This document shows positions 1 through 9,328 of a stretch of DNA of 40,664 nucleotides, in pieces. The stretch lies in assembly GCA_029939135.1 (NCBI GenBank), contig JAOZTP010000002.1, forward strand, positions 1-40,664. Direction: 5' to 3'. Every line of letters begins with the position of its first letter. The first letter of the stretch is position 1. The notes under the pieces were generated by a model. It made no database searches. It was not told the DNA's origin and was given only the letters and a program-made list of their open reading frames with translations. The position numbers and the translations under genes are program-made. This stretch comes from Desulfobacterales bacterium (lineage in GTDB: Bacteria; Desulfobacterota; Desulfobacteria; Desulfobacterales; JAFDMD01).

Positions 1-2
1 TC

Positions 3-1019
3 CCAAACGTATTATACGAACTTGGGCTTGCTCATTCCGCAAAAAAAAAAGTTATTATGATTACTCAAAATAAAGAAGATATTCCTTTTGATATTCAGGG
101 GCAAGGCATTAGATATATTAAATACGATAATAACCATATAGATAAGTTGGAAAAAAAATTAACAAAGTATGTCGAAACCGCTTTGGAGCAAAAAGAGACC
201 AAAGATTTGTTTCCGGAATTAAAAATATTTACTTCCGAATTACAGAAAAAAATGACCGACTTTGAAGAAGAAACCAAGCTATTACGCCCTTTGGCATATC
301 CGCTTGAAGTAACAACAGACCCTAAATTTTCTTATATTTTTTTAAATAACAAATATATAGGAAAAGCCCCTCAAACCCTTCATGTAAATCCTTATATTCG
401 TAATATAATAACCGTCTTTGCTATTGAACATTTTGAAGAATATATAATTTTAAATAAAAAGGATATTGAAAACAGAAGACTTAATATTAAGCTATCTTTA
501 AGAGATAAGGAATTATACCCTTCGCGAGTTCATAACTGGTTAAAGTATATCAGAGAAAACCCTAACGATATTGTAATAGGCAGGGCGGTGGCTACATATC
601 TTCAACATATAAAAGAACATGAAGAAGCGATTAAGGAATTAGAAAGACTAATCGGAATATGTAATAACTGGAGCATGCTTTATAACGGAATAGGGATTTC
701 CAAATCATCTTTAAAAAAACATGATGAAGCGATTTTCAATTTTAAAAAAGTAAAAGAGATGGAAGCCAATACTTATATAGGATATTATAATTTGGCTTGC
801 GGGTATTCTTTATTAAAAGATTATAAGGCTTGTCTTAACGAGATTGAAGCGATTGTAGAAAACCCCGCAATATTGGAAAGTCTTTATAAGGGAAATTGTA
901 GGGAAAATTTTTTTGATAATGAATCCGACTTTGACAATATTAGAAACGACAATAACTATGGGAAACAGTTTGAAGAATATAATGAAATTTATAAAAAACG
1001 TTGGAGAGCATGCTCATAA
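3..1019 (+). CDS. TIR-like/nucleoside-2-deoxyribosyltransferase-like - PEGA - TPR multidomain protein (5' end lies outside the window)
   Basis: Frame 3 is open from the window edge, so Met57 is internal. The edge peptide ..PNVLYELGLAHSAKKKVIMITQNKEDIPFDIQGQGIRYIKYD matches the C-terminal motif of TIR-like/NDT-like nucleotide-binding domains (COG4271 type). It is followed by a PEGA-like segment (LEVTTDPKFSYIFLNNKYIGKAPQTLHVNP) and TPR-like helices (YYNLACGYSLLKDYKACLNEIE). Confidence 0.6.
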   Translation, partial: PNVLYELGLAHSAKKKVIMITQNKEDIPFDIQGQGIRYIKYDNNHIDKLEKKLTKYVETALEQKETKDLFPELKIFTSELQKKMTDFEEETKLLRPLAYPLEVTTDPKFSYIFLNNKYIGKAPQTLHVNPYIRNIITVFAIEHFEEYIILNKKDIENRRLNIKLSLRDKELYPSRVHNWLKYIRENPNDIVIGRAVATYLQHIKEHEEAIKELERLIGICNNWSMLYNGIGISKSSLKKHDEAIFNFKKVKEMEANTYIGYYNLACGYSLLKDYKACLNEIEAIVENPAILESLYKGNCRENFFDNESDFDNIRNDNNYGKQFEEYNEIYKKRWRACS

Positions 1020-1077
1020 TATATTTTTATTCAAACGTATTTTGCGGTTTAAAACAAGATAGGTTAATACAAAATAA

Positions 1078-2115
1078 ATGAAACAAATTACAATAAATAG
1101 CGCGGCAGGAAATTCTTTAATATTAACAAACGAAAAGATAAAGAACGTTTATAAATATATTTCCGCAAAAAGAATAATTATTATAACCGATTCCATTGTA
1201 AGAAAGTACTATGAAGATATTTTTCCGCCTGCCGATATTATTGAAATTAAAAGCGGAGAGGTAAATAAAAATCTTAATGCCATAGAATATATTTATAATA
1301 GATTGATAGAGTTGGAAGCGGATCGCTCCTCTTTTATTCTCGGCATTGGCGGAGGAGTAGCAACCGATATTGCCGGATTTGCGGCTTCCACCTTTATGAG
1401 AGGAGTGAAATTCGGATTTATTCCCTCTACCCTTCTTGCTCATGTTGACGCTGCAATCGGCGGAAAAAACGGGGTCGATTTTAACGGTTATAAAAATATG
1501 ATCGGAACTATTAATCAGCCGGAATTTGTTATATGCGATTCCTGTTTTTTAAAAACTCTGCCGAAAAAAGAAATTTTATGCGGGCTTGTCGAAGCGATTA
1601 AAGCCGGAATTATAAAAAATGAAACCTTATTCTCCTTTATAGAAAAAAATTTTAAAGAAGCTATAAATCTGGAGCCAAAAGTTATCGATTATATTATTTA
1701 CGAATCTATTCTTATCAAGGCGGATGTAGTCAATGCGGACGCAAAAGAAACAGGCGAGCGCAAGCTTCTTAATTTGGGGCATACTTTCGGTCATGCCATA
1801 GAATTAACTTCTAACATAAGGCATGGAGAAGCGGTAAGCTTAGGCATTATAATATCCGCCCTTCTCTCTTTAAAAAAAGGCTTATTATCCGAATTCGATT
1901 TTTACAGGATAAAAAATCTACTTATAAGTTTAAATCTTGCGCCGAATAAATCGGTTAAGTTTGATATAAAAAAAGCCGTAGAAGCCTTAAAAAAGGATAA
2001 AAAACGAGTCGGAAATAAAATAGATTTTATTCTGATTAAATCTATAGGAAAAGCCGTAAGACAGCTTATAGATTTAGAGGAATTGGCGCATGTCGCCGAG
2101 TCTTTGAATTTTTAA
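1078..2115 (+). CDS. aroB: 3-dehydroquinate synthase
   Basis: 345 aa with the hallmark motifs GIGGGVATDIAGFAASTFMRGV, DAAIGGKNGVDF and NLGHTFGHAIE. Confidence 0.9.
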   Translation: MKQITINSAAGNSLILTNEKIKNVYKYISAKRIIIITDSIVRKYYEDIFPPADIIEIKSGEVNKNLNAIEYIYNRLIELEADRSSFILGIGGGVATDIAGFAASTFMRGVKFGFIPSTLLAHVDAAIGGKNGVDFNGYKNMIGTINQPEFVICDSCFLKTLPKKEILCGLVEAIKAGIIKNETLFSFIEKNFKEAINLEPKVIDYIIYESILIKADVVNADAKETGERKLLNLGHTFGHAIELTSNIRHGEAVSLGIIISALLSLKKGLLSEFDFYRIKNLLISLNLAPNKSVKFDIKKAVEALKKDKKRVGNKIDFILIKSIGKAVRQLIDLEELAHVAESLNF

Positions 2116-2130
2116 AAATTTAATCTTTTA

Positions 2131-2215
2131 TTGTGAGATTTCTCTCGCCGCGATTGTTAAGGTTACAGAAAAAAAAACCTTTTGCGCCTACTATCAAGCG
2201 AAGCGATAAATCCCT
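2131..2215. repeat. Family A repeat, degenerate pair between the convergent aroB and DAHP synthase genes
   Basis: GAGATTTCTCTCGCCGCG ... CAAGCGAAGCGATAAATCCC are two inverted half-sites resembling the family A consensus. Confidence 0.35.
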
Positions 2216-2236
2216 TTATCATTTCAAATAACCTTT

Positions 2237-3325
2237 TTAATTTATTTTTTTTCTTTGAATGCCTATAGCCTCCTGATGTATTTTGCTGAAAAGCTTTAAT
2301 ATGAATTCTTCGGAAAGATTATGTTTTTTTCCGGCAGATATTCTGCTTTCGGCTATAGCATTCCATCTTTCTGGCTGAAATATAGAAACCTTTTTTGATT
2401 TTTTCTTTTTGCCTATATCTTCGGCAAGTTCTTTTCTTTCGGCAAGAAGGTCTATTATTTTGCAATCTACCGCATCTATCTGATCTCTTACTTTTTCTAT
2501 TTCAAAATGGAACTCTTCATCTTTTATATATTCTTTTTTAAATTGCAGATTATTCAAAAGAGTTTTAAGATCTTTCGGGGTAAGCTGCTGTGATGAATCG
2601 CTTAACGCCGCGTCCGGGTTTATATGAGATTCTATCATCAAACCGTCGTATAAAAGATCCATTGCGGTTTGCGAAACGGATAAAAGCAATTCTCGGTTTC
2701 CGCATATATGGCTTGGATCGCATATAATAGGAAGCTCCGGCATTCTTCTTCTAAGTTCTACAATCAGTTCCCACTCCGGTATATTTCTATACTCGCATTG
2801 TTTAAATGAAGAAAACCCTCGATGGATAACCGCTATTTTTTTAATTCCGGCGCCGTTAAGTCTTTCTATCGCTCCTATCCATAAATCAATATCTGGGTTT
2901 ACCGGATTTTTAACCATTACCGGTATATCGACTCCTTTTAAAGAATCTGCAATCTCTTGAACCGTAAAAGGATTAACAGTTGTTCTTGCTCCTATCCATA
3001 AAATATCTATTTTGTTATCAAGCGCCTCTTTTATATGTCCGCTGTTTGCAACCTCTACTGTAACAGGCATATTAAACTTTTTGCCCGCATCTTTAAGCCA
3101 TTTCAAACCGGTTTTGCCTACCCCTTCAAATGAATTGGGTCTTGTGCGAGGCTTCCATATTCCCGCCCTTAATACGTTTACGTTAAATTTTGAAAGCTCT
3201 TCCGCGGTTTCCATAACCTGCTCGTAAGATTCCGCGCTGCATGGTCCGGCTATTATCAATTTCTCCTTTTTTTTTATGTTCCAACTGTCTATACTATCTA
3301 TTGTTAAATTTTTAATATTTTTCAA
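2237..3325 (-). CDS. Bifunctional 3-deoxy-7-phosphoheptulonate (DAHP) synthase type I-beta / chorismate mutase
   Basis: IIAGPCSAES...LRAGIWKPRTRPNSFEGVG...ICDPSHICG is the KDO8PS-like DAHP synthase core. The C-terminal ~90 aa (IDAVDCKIIDLLAERKELAEDIGKKK...LFSKIHQEAI) look like an AroQ chorismate mutase. The gene is convergent with aroB. Confidence 0.85.
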   Translation of the reverse strand: MKNIKNLTIDSIDSWNIKKKEKLIIAGPCSAESYEQVMETAEELSKFNVNVLRAGIWKPRTRPNSFEGVGKTGLKWLKDAGKKFNMPVTVEVANSGHIKEALDNKIDILWIGARTTVNPFTVQEIADSLKGVDIPVMVKNPVNPDIDLWIGAIERLNGAGIKKIAVIHRGFSSFKQCEYRNIPEWELIVELRRRMPELPIICDPSHICGNRELLLSVSQTAMDLLYDGLMIESHINPDAALSDSSQQLTPKDLKTLLNNLQFKKEYIKDEEFHFEIEKVRDQIDAVDCKIIDLLAERKELAEDIGKKKKSKKVSIFQPERWNAIAESRISAGKKHNLSEEFILKLFSKIHQEAIGIQRKKIN

Positions 3326-3572
3326 AAAGTCTCCTTATCGCAGGCATTATATATATATTTTCCAAATCTGCATTAGCCATATAAGCGGATAAAATATTTA
3401 TTTTTTCTTGCGGTTTTTTATGTTTGTCCATTATAAAAAGATACTTGCCTTTTATTTTACATAAACCGCTTTTTACGTTTATGCCAGCTGTTTTTAAATT
3501 TTTCTCCTTTACTTCAATTCCTATCCGGTCGGCTATATCTATTAAAGCGTTATATATTTCTTCGTTATTCAT
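3312..3572 (-). CDS. Hypothetical 86-aa protein, overlaps the DAHP synthase start by 14 nt
   Basis: Clean ORF on the same strand as the downstream aro gene, with an overlapping stop/start arrangement typical of an operon. No recognisable motif. Confidence 0.5.
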   Translation of the reverse strand: MNNEEIYNALIDIADRIGIEVKEKNLKTAGINVKSGLCKIKGKYLFIMDKHKKPQEKINILSAYMANADLENIYIMPAIRRLFEKY

Positions 3573-3814
3573 TTTTAATATGCAAAACTGGAATTATTTA
3601 TATTTTTAGTAAAATTACAATCGGCTTTTGTTGATAATATTAGGCTTAATATAAGTCAAGTTTTTAAGCGTAATTTTTGCAAAAAGCTTCGGGCGGATTG
3701 GTTGAAGATGCAGAAAAAAGGGCAAGGCGTTTTATTGTTTGTCTTTCAAAAGAATAAAAATGTAAAACGTGAGCGCGAGTGAAGCAAGCATCCCTCTCAA
3801 ACAGCTTTTTATGT

Positions 3815-4063
3815 TTACTGGAACAGATATAAATTGGTTTTTTCGGGGTTGAGCCATAGCAAAATGCGATCATAAAAATGATTCATCAGGAAAAAGAAAA
3901 AGCTAAACCCTGCAAACATAAAGACAATTTTTAAGAAATTTTCAATAAAGAAAGACAGAATTGCTACAATAAACATCAAACCGCCAAGCAGCTTTCCGAG
4001 TAATAGGAAAGGTTTTCTTAACCACATCATCGGATAGAAAAATATGGACTTTATAATTTTCAT
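3815..4063 (-). CDS. Small integral membrane protein (2-3 predicted TM helices)
   Basis: Strong RBS (AAAGGAGGcgactaaATG) and very hydrophobic segments (LLLGKLLGGLMFIVAILSFFI, IVFMFAGFSFFFFLM). Confidence 0.55.
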   Translation of the reverse strand: MKIIKSIFFYPMMWLRKPFLLLGKLLGGLMFIVAILSFFIENFLKIVFMFAGFSFFFFLMNHFYDRILLWLNPEKTNLYLFQ

Positions 4064-4238
4064 TTAGTCGCCTCCTTTGATCAATAATATAATATATGAA
4101 ACTTTGTTTATATAAAATAAATCATATTTTTTTTTATTTCACAAATCCAAAATGACAAATAGATATTATCTCTGTTTTTCTTCCTTGATATTTCCCGAAA
4201 AAAATTATAAAAATCTTTATTATAAATAAGGAGAAGCT

Positions 4239-4505
4239 ATGACTATTATTTCAATGTTTTATGGAATAATTATTCGTATATATACGCTTGACAATAAACA
4301 TCATTATATACCGCATATTCATGCAAAATATGCCGAATTTGAAGCCTCAATTAATATTAAAAAAGACGAAATGCTTGTAGAAAACCTACCTAAACAACAA
4401 TTAAGATTGGTTCAGGCTTGGATAGAACTTCATAAAGAGGAACTATTAGCTAATTGAGAAATTGCCACAGCAAGCGAAAATCCATATAAAATTAATCCAT
4501 TATGA
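4239..4505 (+). pseudogene. DUF4160-family gene with a premature TGA at 4455-4457
   Basis: MFYGIIIRIY..HHYIPHIHAKYAEFEA is the DUF4160 signature. The frame reads ..EELLAN-TGA-EIATASENPYKINPL-TGA, and the usual family C-terminus has Trp (TGG) at the position of the first TGA. Confidence 0.6.
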
Positions 4506-4573
4506 GGTGGGAAATGTATTGGGACGCAACAATCGTAAAACCGAAACCAGACTATAAAATATTAGGTTACTAA
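4502..4573 (+). pseudogene. Remnant (23 codons) of the usual DUF2442 partner gene
   Basis: The ATGA overlaps the extended DUF4160 frame. The peptide MRWEMYWDATIVKPKPDYKILGY* resembles a DUF2442 N-terminus (..V.P..DYKL.V) but stops after 23 aa. Confidence 0.4.
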
Positions 4574-4808
4574 CATAAAACATCCTATTATGATAAAGAA
4601 AAGCGCTTATATTGATAATTTGTAGAATAAGAGCGGATAAAATTTAAATCAAAAAAAATTTTTACAAGTAGATATAAAAGAAACAATAAAATAGGCGCAA
4701 TTGAATAATAAAAATCGGGACGCACGGATAGAAACAGGCTGCAAAATAGAAAAGCTGACAGGCTTAATTGGCTATTCGTCGATATTAAAACAGGAAATAT
4801 AAAGGCTT

Positions 4809-6065
4809 ATGGATAAAATAATAATAAAAGGCGGAAAGTCTTTAAAAGGAGAGGTAAAAATAAGCGGCGCAAAGAACGCCGCCCTGCCTATACTTATTTC
4901 CTCTCTTTTAACGGACGGAACATGCAAATATAATAATGTTCCGGCTCTTCAGGATATTAAAAGCGTAAATTTTCTTTTGGAAAATCTCGGAGCAAAGGCA
5001 ATTGAAACCGGTATAGACAGCATGTCCGTAAATTCCGAAAATTTTAATAATCATAAAGCCGACTACGATTTGGTTCGTAAGATGAGAGCCTCGATTCTGG
5101 TATTAGGGCCTCTTTTGGCGCGTTTGAAAAAGGCGGAAGTATCTTTGCCCGGAGGCTGCGCCATAGGAGCAAGACCTGTAGATTTGCATTTAAAAGGTTT
5201 GACTGCGCTCGGAGCAAAGATTGAAATTAAAAGCGGTTATATAAAAGCCTCTTGCAGTCGGCTTAAAGGAGCAGACATATATTTTGATTTTCCTACGGTT
5301 ACCGGCGTGGAAAACCTTATGATGGCGGCAAGTTTGGCAAAAGGAACAACCGTTTTAAAAAACTGCGCAAAAGAGCCGGAGGTAATAGCGCTGGCGGACG
5401 TTTTAAATAAAATGGGCGCAAAAATAAAAGGAGCCGGAACTCCGATAATCAAGATTATAGGGGTAAATGAATTAAAACCTGCGGAGGTTTCGATTATGCC
5501 AGACAGAATTGAAGCGGGAACCTTCATGATAGCGGCTGCCGTTACAAATGGAGATATTCTTATTAAAGGATGCGACCATAAATATTTGGAAGCGGTTATA
5601 AACAAGTTAGAAGAAGCCGGAGCGAATATCATAATAAAAAACAGTAATATAAGGGTGATAGGAAATAAAAAGATAAAAAGCGTAGATATAAAAACTCTTC
5701 CTTATCCGGGTTTTCCTACGGATATGCAGGCTCAGTTTATGGTTCTTATGTGTTTGGGAAACAAAGTAAGTATGATCGAAGAATCCGTATTTGAAAACAG
5801 GCTTATTCATGTAAGCGAATTGAATCGTATGGGAGCAGATATTAAGGTTGCCGGCAATAAAGCTATGGTAAAAGGGGTTAAATTTTTATCCGGCGCGCCT
5901 GTTATGGCAAGCGATCTGCGCGCGAGCGCTTCTTTGGTTCTTGCGGGGCTTGCGGCAAAAGGGGAAACCGAAATCAATAGAATTTATCATCTTGACAGAG
6001 GCTATGAAAATATAGAGGCAAAATTTTCCGCTTTGGGCGCAGATATAAAAAGAATCTCCGTTTAG
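4809..6065 (+). CDS. murA: UDP-N-acetylglucosamine 1-carboxyvinyltransferase
   Basis: 418 aa with [28 protein letters not shown] (active-site Cys), [10 protein letters not shown] and [10 protein letters not shown]. Confidence 0.95.
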   Translation: MDKIIIKGGKSLKGEVKISGAKNAALPILISSLLTDGTCKYNNVPALQDIKSVNFLLENLGAKAIETGIDSMSVNSENFNNHKADYDLVRKMRASILVLGPLLARLKKAEVSLPGGCAIGARPVDLHLKGLTALGAKIEIKSGYIKASCSRLKGADIYFDFPTVTGVENLMMAASLAKGTTVLKNCAKEPEVIALADVLNKMGAKIKGAGTPIIKIIGVNELKPAEVSIMPDRIEAGTFMIAAAVTNGDILIKGCDHKYLEAVINKLEEAGANIIIKNSNIRVIGNKKIKSVDIKTLPYPGFPTDMQAQFMVLMCLGNKVSMIEESVFENRLIHVSELNRMGADIKVAGNKAMVKGVKFLSGAPVMASDLRASASLVLAGLAAKGETEINRIYHLDRGYENIEAKFSALGADIKRISV

Positions 6066-6071
6066 AATAAA

Positions 6072-8525
6072 ATGGACGGAATAAAAAGCAGACCAGCCGT
6101 TATTGTTTTTGTTGGAATTATATTCGGCATTCTTGTAGGAGAAAAACTTTGCGGTTATAAAAATTTCGTCTTAATCTGCCTATCCTTTATTGTAATCCTT
6201 GCCTGTTTTAAAAACCGCCTTATAAAATTTTTGCACAATTCTAAAACTGAGCAAAACAAAAAATTATTCAACCCTCTTATATTATTCAGTCTATCCTTAA
6301 TATCTGGCTACCTTCTTATTCAGCCTTTTGTCTCCCCTATTCTACCGAAAAATCATGTTTATCATTACGCCGATTTAAAACAGAAGCAGACTATTATAGG
6401 GGTAGTATCTTCGGAACCGTTATGCAAAAAAGAGAAATGCAAATTTGAGGTTTCTGTAAATTCTATTAAAAAAAATAATAAAAAGATTCCAATCTCCGGC
6501 AAAATAATCGTTAGTTGGATAACCGAAAAAGGTAAAAAAATATATCAAGGAGATTTAATAGAATTTAACGCAAAAATCAGGTCTATAAGAAATTTTCATA
6601 ATCCCGGCGGATTTGATTACGAAAGATACATGGCTTTTAAAAAGATTTATGCAAGCTCCTTTGTATATAAAGAGAAGCTTAAAATTATTAAAAAAGCCGA
6701 AGAATCAAAATATTTAATAAGCGGATTAAGAAAAAACTTTTGCAACTTAATAGAAAAGCTGCCGTATAAAGAGGAAAAACAGGTATTAAAAGCCCTTTTA
6801 ACCGGAAAAAAGGATGAGATACCCAAAGATATAAGAAAGGCTTTTAACAATTCCGGCGCAAGTCATATATTAGCGATATCCGGTCTGCATATAGGAATAG
6901 CCGTTTTTATATCCTTTTTTATTTTTACAAAGATATTTTCATTATTTAAAAGTTTTACGGAAAAAGGAACCGTTAAAAAAATCGCCGCTTTTTTTACCGT
7001 AATAATAGCGGTTATATACGGCTTTTTTGCGGGAATGTCCCCCTCCACGCAACGAGCCGTTATTATGACTACGGTATTTTTATACTCTTTTATATTTGAA
7101 GAGGAGCCTGATACTTTAAACAGCCTTGCTTTATCCGGCATAATTATTTTAATAATAGAGCCGGCGTCTCTTTTTTCCATCTCTTTTATACTCTCTTTTA
7201 CCGCAGTTTTTGCAATATCTTACGGACTTAAAAAAGTAGGCGTAAAAGATAAAAATAGAATCCTTATATTTTTTCTCATATCGGTTTTTGCAACAATAGG
7301 AACCCTTCCTATTATACTATACAATTTTAATACACTTTGCGTAATAGGACCTTTTACAAATTTTATAGTAATTCCCGTTATAGGTTTCATATCGGTTCCT
7401 ATAGGGCTATCTGCGGTATTTATATATCCTTTAAGCGTAAAATTATCATTTTTTCTTTTAACAATATCGGCGGTTGTTTTATCCGGCGCAATAGAGTTTA
7501 TAAAAACAGTTTCTTTAATACCTTATGTATCGGTTAAAACAATCACTCCTAACATAATTGAAATATTATCTTTTTATGCGCTTGCAATTTCTTTGTTTAA
7601 CATAAAAAAATCAAATTTTGCCAAAAACACGGCTTTATTTGCGGCGCTTATTTTATGCGCGGATAGCGCATATTGGATAAAGGAAAGATTTTTAAGCCAA
7701 GAGTTAAGAATTACCGTTATAGACGTAGGACAAGGAAACTCCGCTCTTATAGAATTTCCCAGAGGGGAATGTATGTTAATAGACGGCGGCGGCTTTTCGG
7801 ACAAATCCGACTTTGACGCGGGCGAATCTATAGTAGCTCCGTTTTTACGGAAAAAAAAAATAAGAACCGTTAAAACAATAGCGCTAACCCATCCAGATTC
7901 GGATCATATAAACGGATTGAGTTATATAGCGGAAAACTTTTTTGTAAAAAATTTATGGAGTAATAACGAAGCGAAAAATACAAAAGGTTATAAATCTTTG
8001 ATAAACGCCGTCCGAAATAATAATATTAAAAATATAGATTTTCAAAAACTTTATGGCAGTCATGCCATAAACGGCGTTAAATTGGATATACTTTATCCGG
8101 TTAGAAATTTTGCCGAACTTAAAAAAAAGCAGTTATGGCGAGATACAAACAATAATTCATTGGTTTTAAAGGTAAAATACAAAGATTTTTCCTTTCTTTT
8201 TACCGGAGATATTAGAAAAAAAGCGGAAAAAGAGCTTGTAAAAACAGCCGGATCAAAACTTAAAACCCAAGTAATGCTTGCGCCTCATCATGGCAGCAAA
8301 ACATCTTCGTCTAATATTTTATTAAATGCGGCTTCGCCCGCGCTTGTCGTAATATCTTCAGGTTTTAATAACAGATACGGTTTCCCTCATACTCAGGTTA
8401 TTAATAATTATAAAAAAATAGGATGTAAAATTTTAAGAACCGATATTAACGGAGCCGTAGAGATAAAAAGCTTTGGCAAAGCCTTTAGATATAATGCGTC
8501 AAACAACTCAAACCGTCTCTTTTAA
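6072..8525 (+). CDS. comEC: DNA internalization-related competence protein ComEC/Rec2 (polytopic membrane domain plus C-terminal metallo-beta-lactamase domain)
   Basis: 817 aa. It has an N-terminal OB/DUF4131-like part, a competence-domain motif (SGASHILAISGLHIG), many TM helices, and MBL motifs (VIDVGQGNSALIE, LTHPDSDHINGL, LAPHHGS). The start lies 6 nt after the murA stop. Confidence 0.9.
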   Translation: MDGIKSRPAVIVFVGIIFGILVGEKLCGYKNFVLICLSFIVILACFKNRLIKFLHNSKTEQNKKLFNPLILFSLSLISGYLLIQPFVSPILPKNHVYHYADLKQKQTIIGVVSSEPLCKKEKCKFEVSVNSIKKNNKKIPISGKIIVSWITEKGKKIYQGDLIEFNAKIRSIRNFHNPGGFDYERYMAFKKIYASSFVYKEKLKIIKKAEESKYLISGLRKNFCNLIEKLPYKEEKQVLKALLTGKKDEIPKDIRKAFNNSGASHILAISGLHIGIAVFISFFIFTKIFSLFKSFTEKGTVKKIAAFFTVIIAVIYGFFAGMSPSTQRAVIMTTVFLYSFIFEEEPDTLNSLALSGIIILIIEPASLFSISFILSFTAVFAISYGLKKVGVKDKNRILIFFLISVFATIGTLPIILYNFNTLCVIGPFTNFIVIPVIGFISVPIGLSAVFIYPLSVKLSFFLLTISAVVLSGAIEFIKTVSLIPYVSVKTITPNIIEILSFYALAISLFNIKKSNFAKNTALFAALILCADSAYWIKERFLSQELRITVIDVGQGNSALIEFPRGECMLIDGGGFSDKSDFDAGESIVAPFLRKKKIRTVKTIALTHPDSDHINGLSYIAENFFVKNLWSNNEAKNTKGYKSLINAVRNNNIKNIDFQKLYGSHAINGVKLDILYPVRNFAELKKKQLWRDTNNNSLVLKVKYKDFSFLFTGDIRKKAEKELVKTAGSKLKTQVMLAPHHGSKTSSSNILLNAASPALVVISSGFNNRYGFPHTQVINNYKKIGCKILRTDINGAVEIKSFGKAFRYNASNNSNRLF

Positions 8526-8701
8526 AAAGCCGCTTTTCTTTGTAATGCCGTCAAATCATTTTCGGATATTCTTATGTTGATTTTTCTGTTTTTTTTCATA
8601 GTATTTTTGGCTATGGTTTTAAAATCGGTTTTTGAAACGCTGGGTTTAAGCTTTCCGTTTTCATATGCCTGTAAAATTTCGTTTTCGTAATCGTTTAACA
8701 T
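8522..8701 (-). pseudogene. BrnA/CopG-like antitoxin, C-terminally truncated (59 codons, below the ORF-track cutoff)
   Basis: My translation is MLNDYENEILQAYENGKLKPSVSKTDFKTIAKNTMKKNRKINIRISENDLTALQRKAAF*. The KINIRISExDLxAL segment is the start of the BrnA ribbon-helix-helix, and the rest of the RHH is missing. The stop overlaps the convergent comEC stop inside TTTAAA. Confidence 0.45.
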
Positions 8702-8877
8702 AGTTGAAAATCTCCAAAATATTTCTTTGTAGCTTTTCTACTAGGGATAATAGTTTTTAAAAAATATCCGTCCTCCTCTTCTACATAAGGAACCAAATAA
8801 GCATAACCTTTTACGTTGACAATCATTATTTTTTGATTTGGGTATTTTTCTTTATTAGGATGGTCAGTTTCAATTAT
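8695..8877 (-). pseudogene. BrnT-like (DUF497) toxin remnant lacking its N-terminal half
   Basis: The open frame NIIETDHPNKEKYPNQKIMIVNVKGYAYLVPYVEEEDGYFLKTIIPSRKATKKYFGDFQLC* has a C-terminal ..IIPSRKATKKY resembling the BrnT RIISARKAT..E..Y motif. An upstream in-frame TAA leaves only a 43-codon ATG ORF. An ATGTTAA overlap couples it to the antitoxin. Confidence 0.4.
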
Positions 8878-8887
8878 ATTTTAACTA

Positions 8888-9220
8888 TTACTTTTTTGTA
8901 AGATGCCATCCATCATTACATGGGCATCTGTAAACTCTAAGCCGCGCTCCTTGTTCCTTTTTTAATATTGCCGCTCTTTTTTCCGCATCCTTTTTTGTTT
9001 TATAGAGGTTTTTTCCGCAGATTCCGCATATTATACTGGGAGTTTGCCTGTTTTTAGGAGATAGGTGCCATAATCCGCAGGTATGGCATCTATACGGGAT
9101 AAAATTTGCGCCGTAATCAATGTTAGCGTAATCCGCTCCCTGCTGCGCTTCATATTCGGAATTGTATTCCGTAAGCGGTTCGCCTGTTCTGCCAGAGCAT
9201 GTGGCGCTTTTGAAACTCAT
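8888..9220 (-). CDS. Small protein with two tandem Cys-ribbon ..Y(R)C..C..WHL modules
   Basis: 110 aa with RBS GGAGA 9 nt upstream. Two internal repeats are present: CSGRTGEPLTEYNSEYEAQQGADY...YRCHTCGLWHLSPK and CGICGKNLYKTKKDAEKRAAIL...YRCPCNDGWHLTKK. Confidence 0.55.
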   Translation of the reverse strand: MSFKSATCSGRTGEPLTEYNSEYEAQQGADYANIDYGANFIPYRCHTCGLWHLSPKNRQTPSIICGICGKNLYKTKKDAEKRAAILKKEQGARLRVYRCPCNDGWHLTKK

Positions 9221-9328
9221 TCTTTTTTTTCTCCGATTTATTCAATTTTTGATATTACAAGCAAACAGCCCCGCTTTTTTACTCTAAAGGCTCATTATAT
9301 TTTACGTTCCGTTGCAAAAGGCTTGCTA

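Noticed and set aside
4455-4457. TGA in the DUF4160 gene as a third selenocysteine or a Trp-recoded codon
   Set aside because: The aligned residue in the family is Trp, not Cys. I saw no downstream hairpin. Elsewhere in the window TGA behaves as stop or Sec. The partner gene is also truncated, so decay is more likely.
5237-5632. Antisense 'shadow' ORFs inside well-supported genes (for example 1123-1443, 3012-3227, 5237-5632, 6863-7180, 12874-13095, 17989-18324, 19646-20209, 26702-26974, 28765-29022, 31518-31799, 36154-36504)
   Set aside because: Each lies fully within a longer ORF that has clear family motifs, on the opposite strand or in another frame. Their composition is low-complexity or unusual, and none has an RBS. 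These are typical artefacts of long genes.
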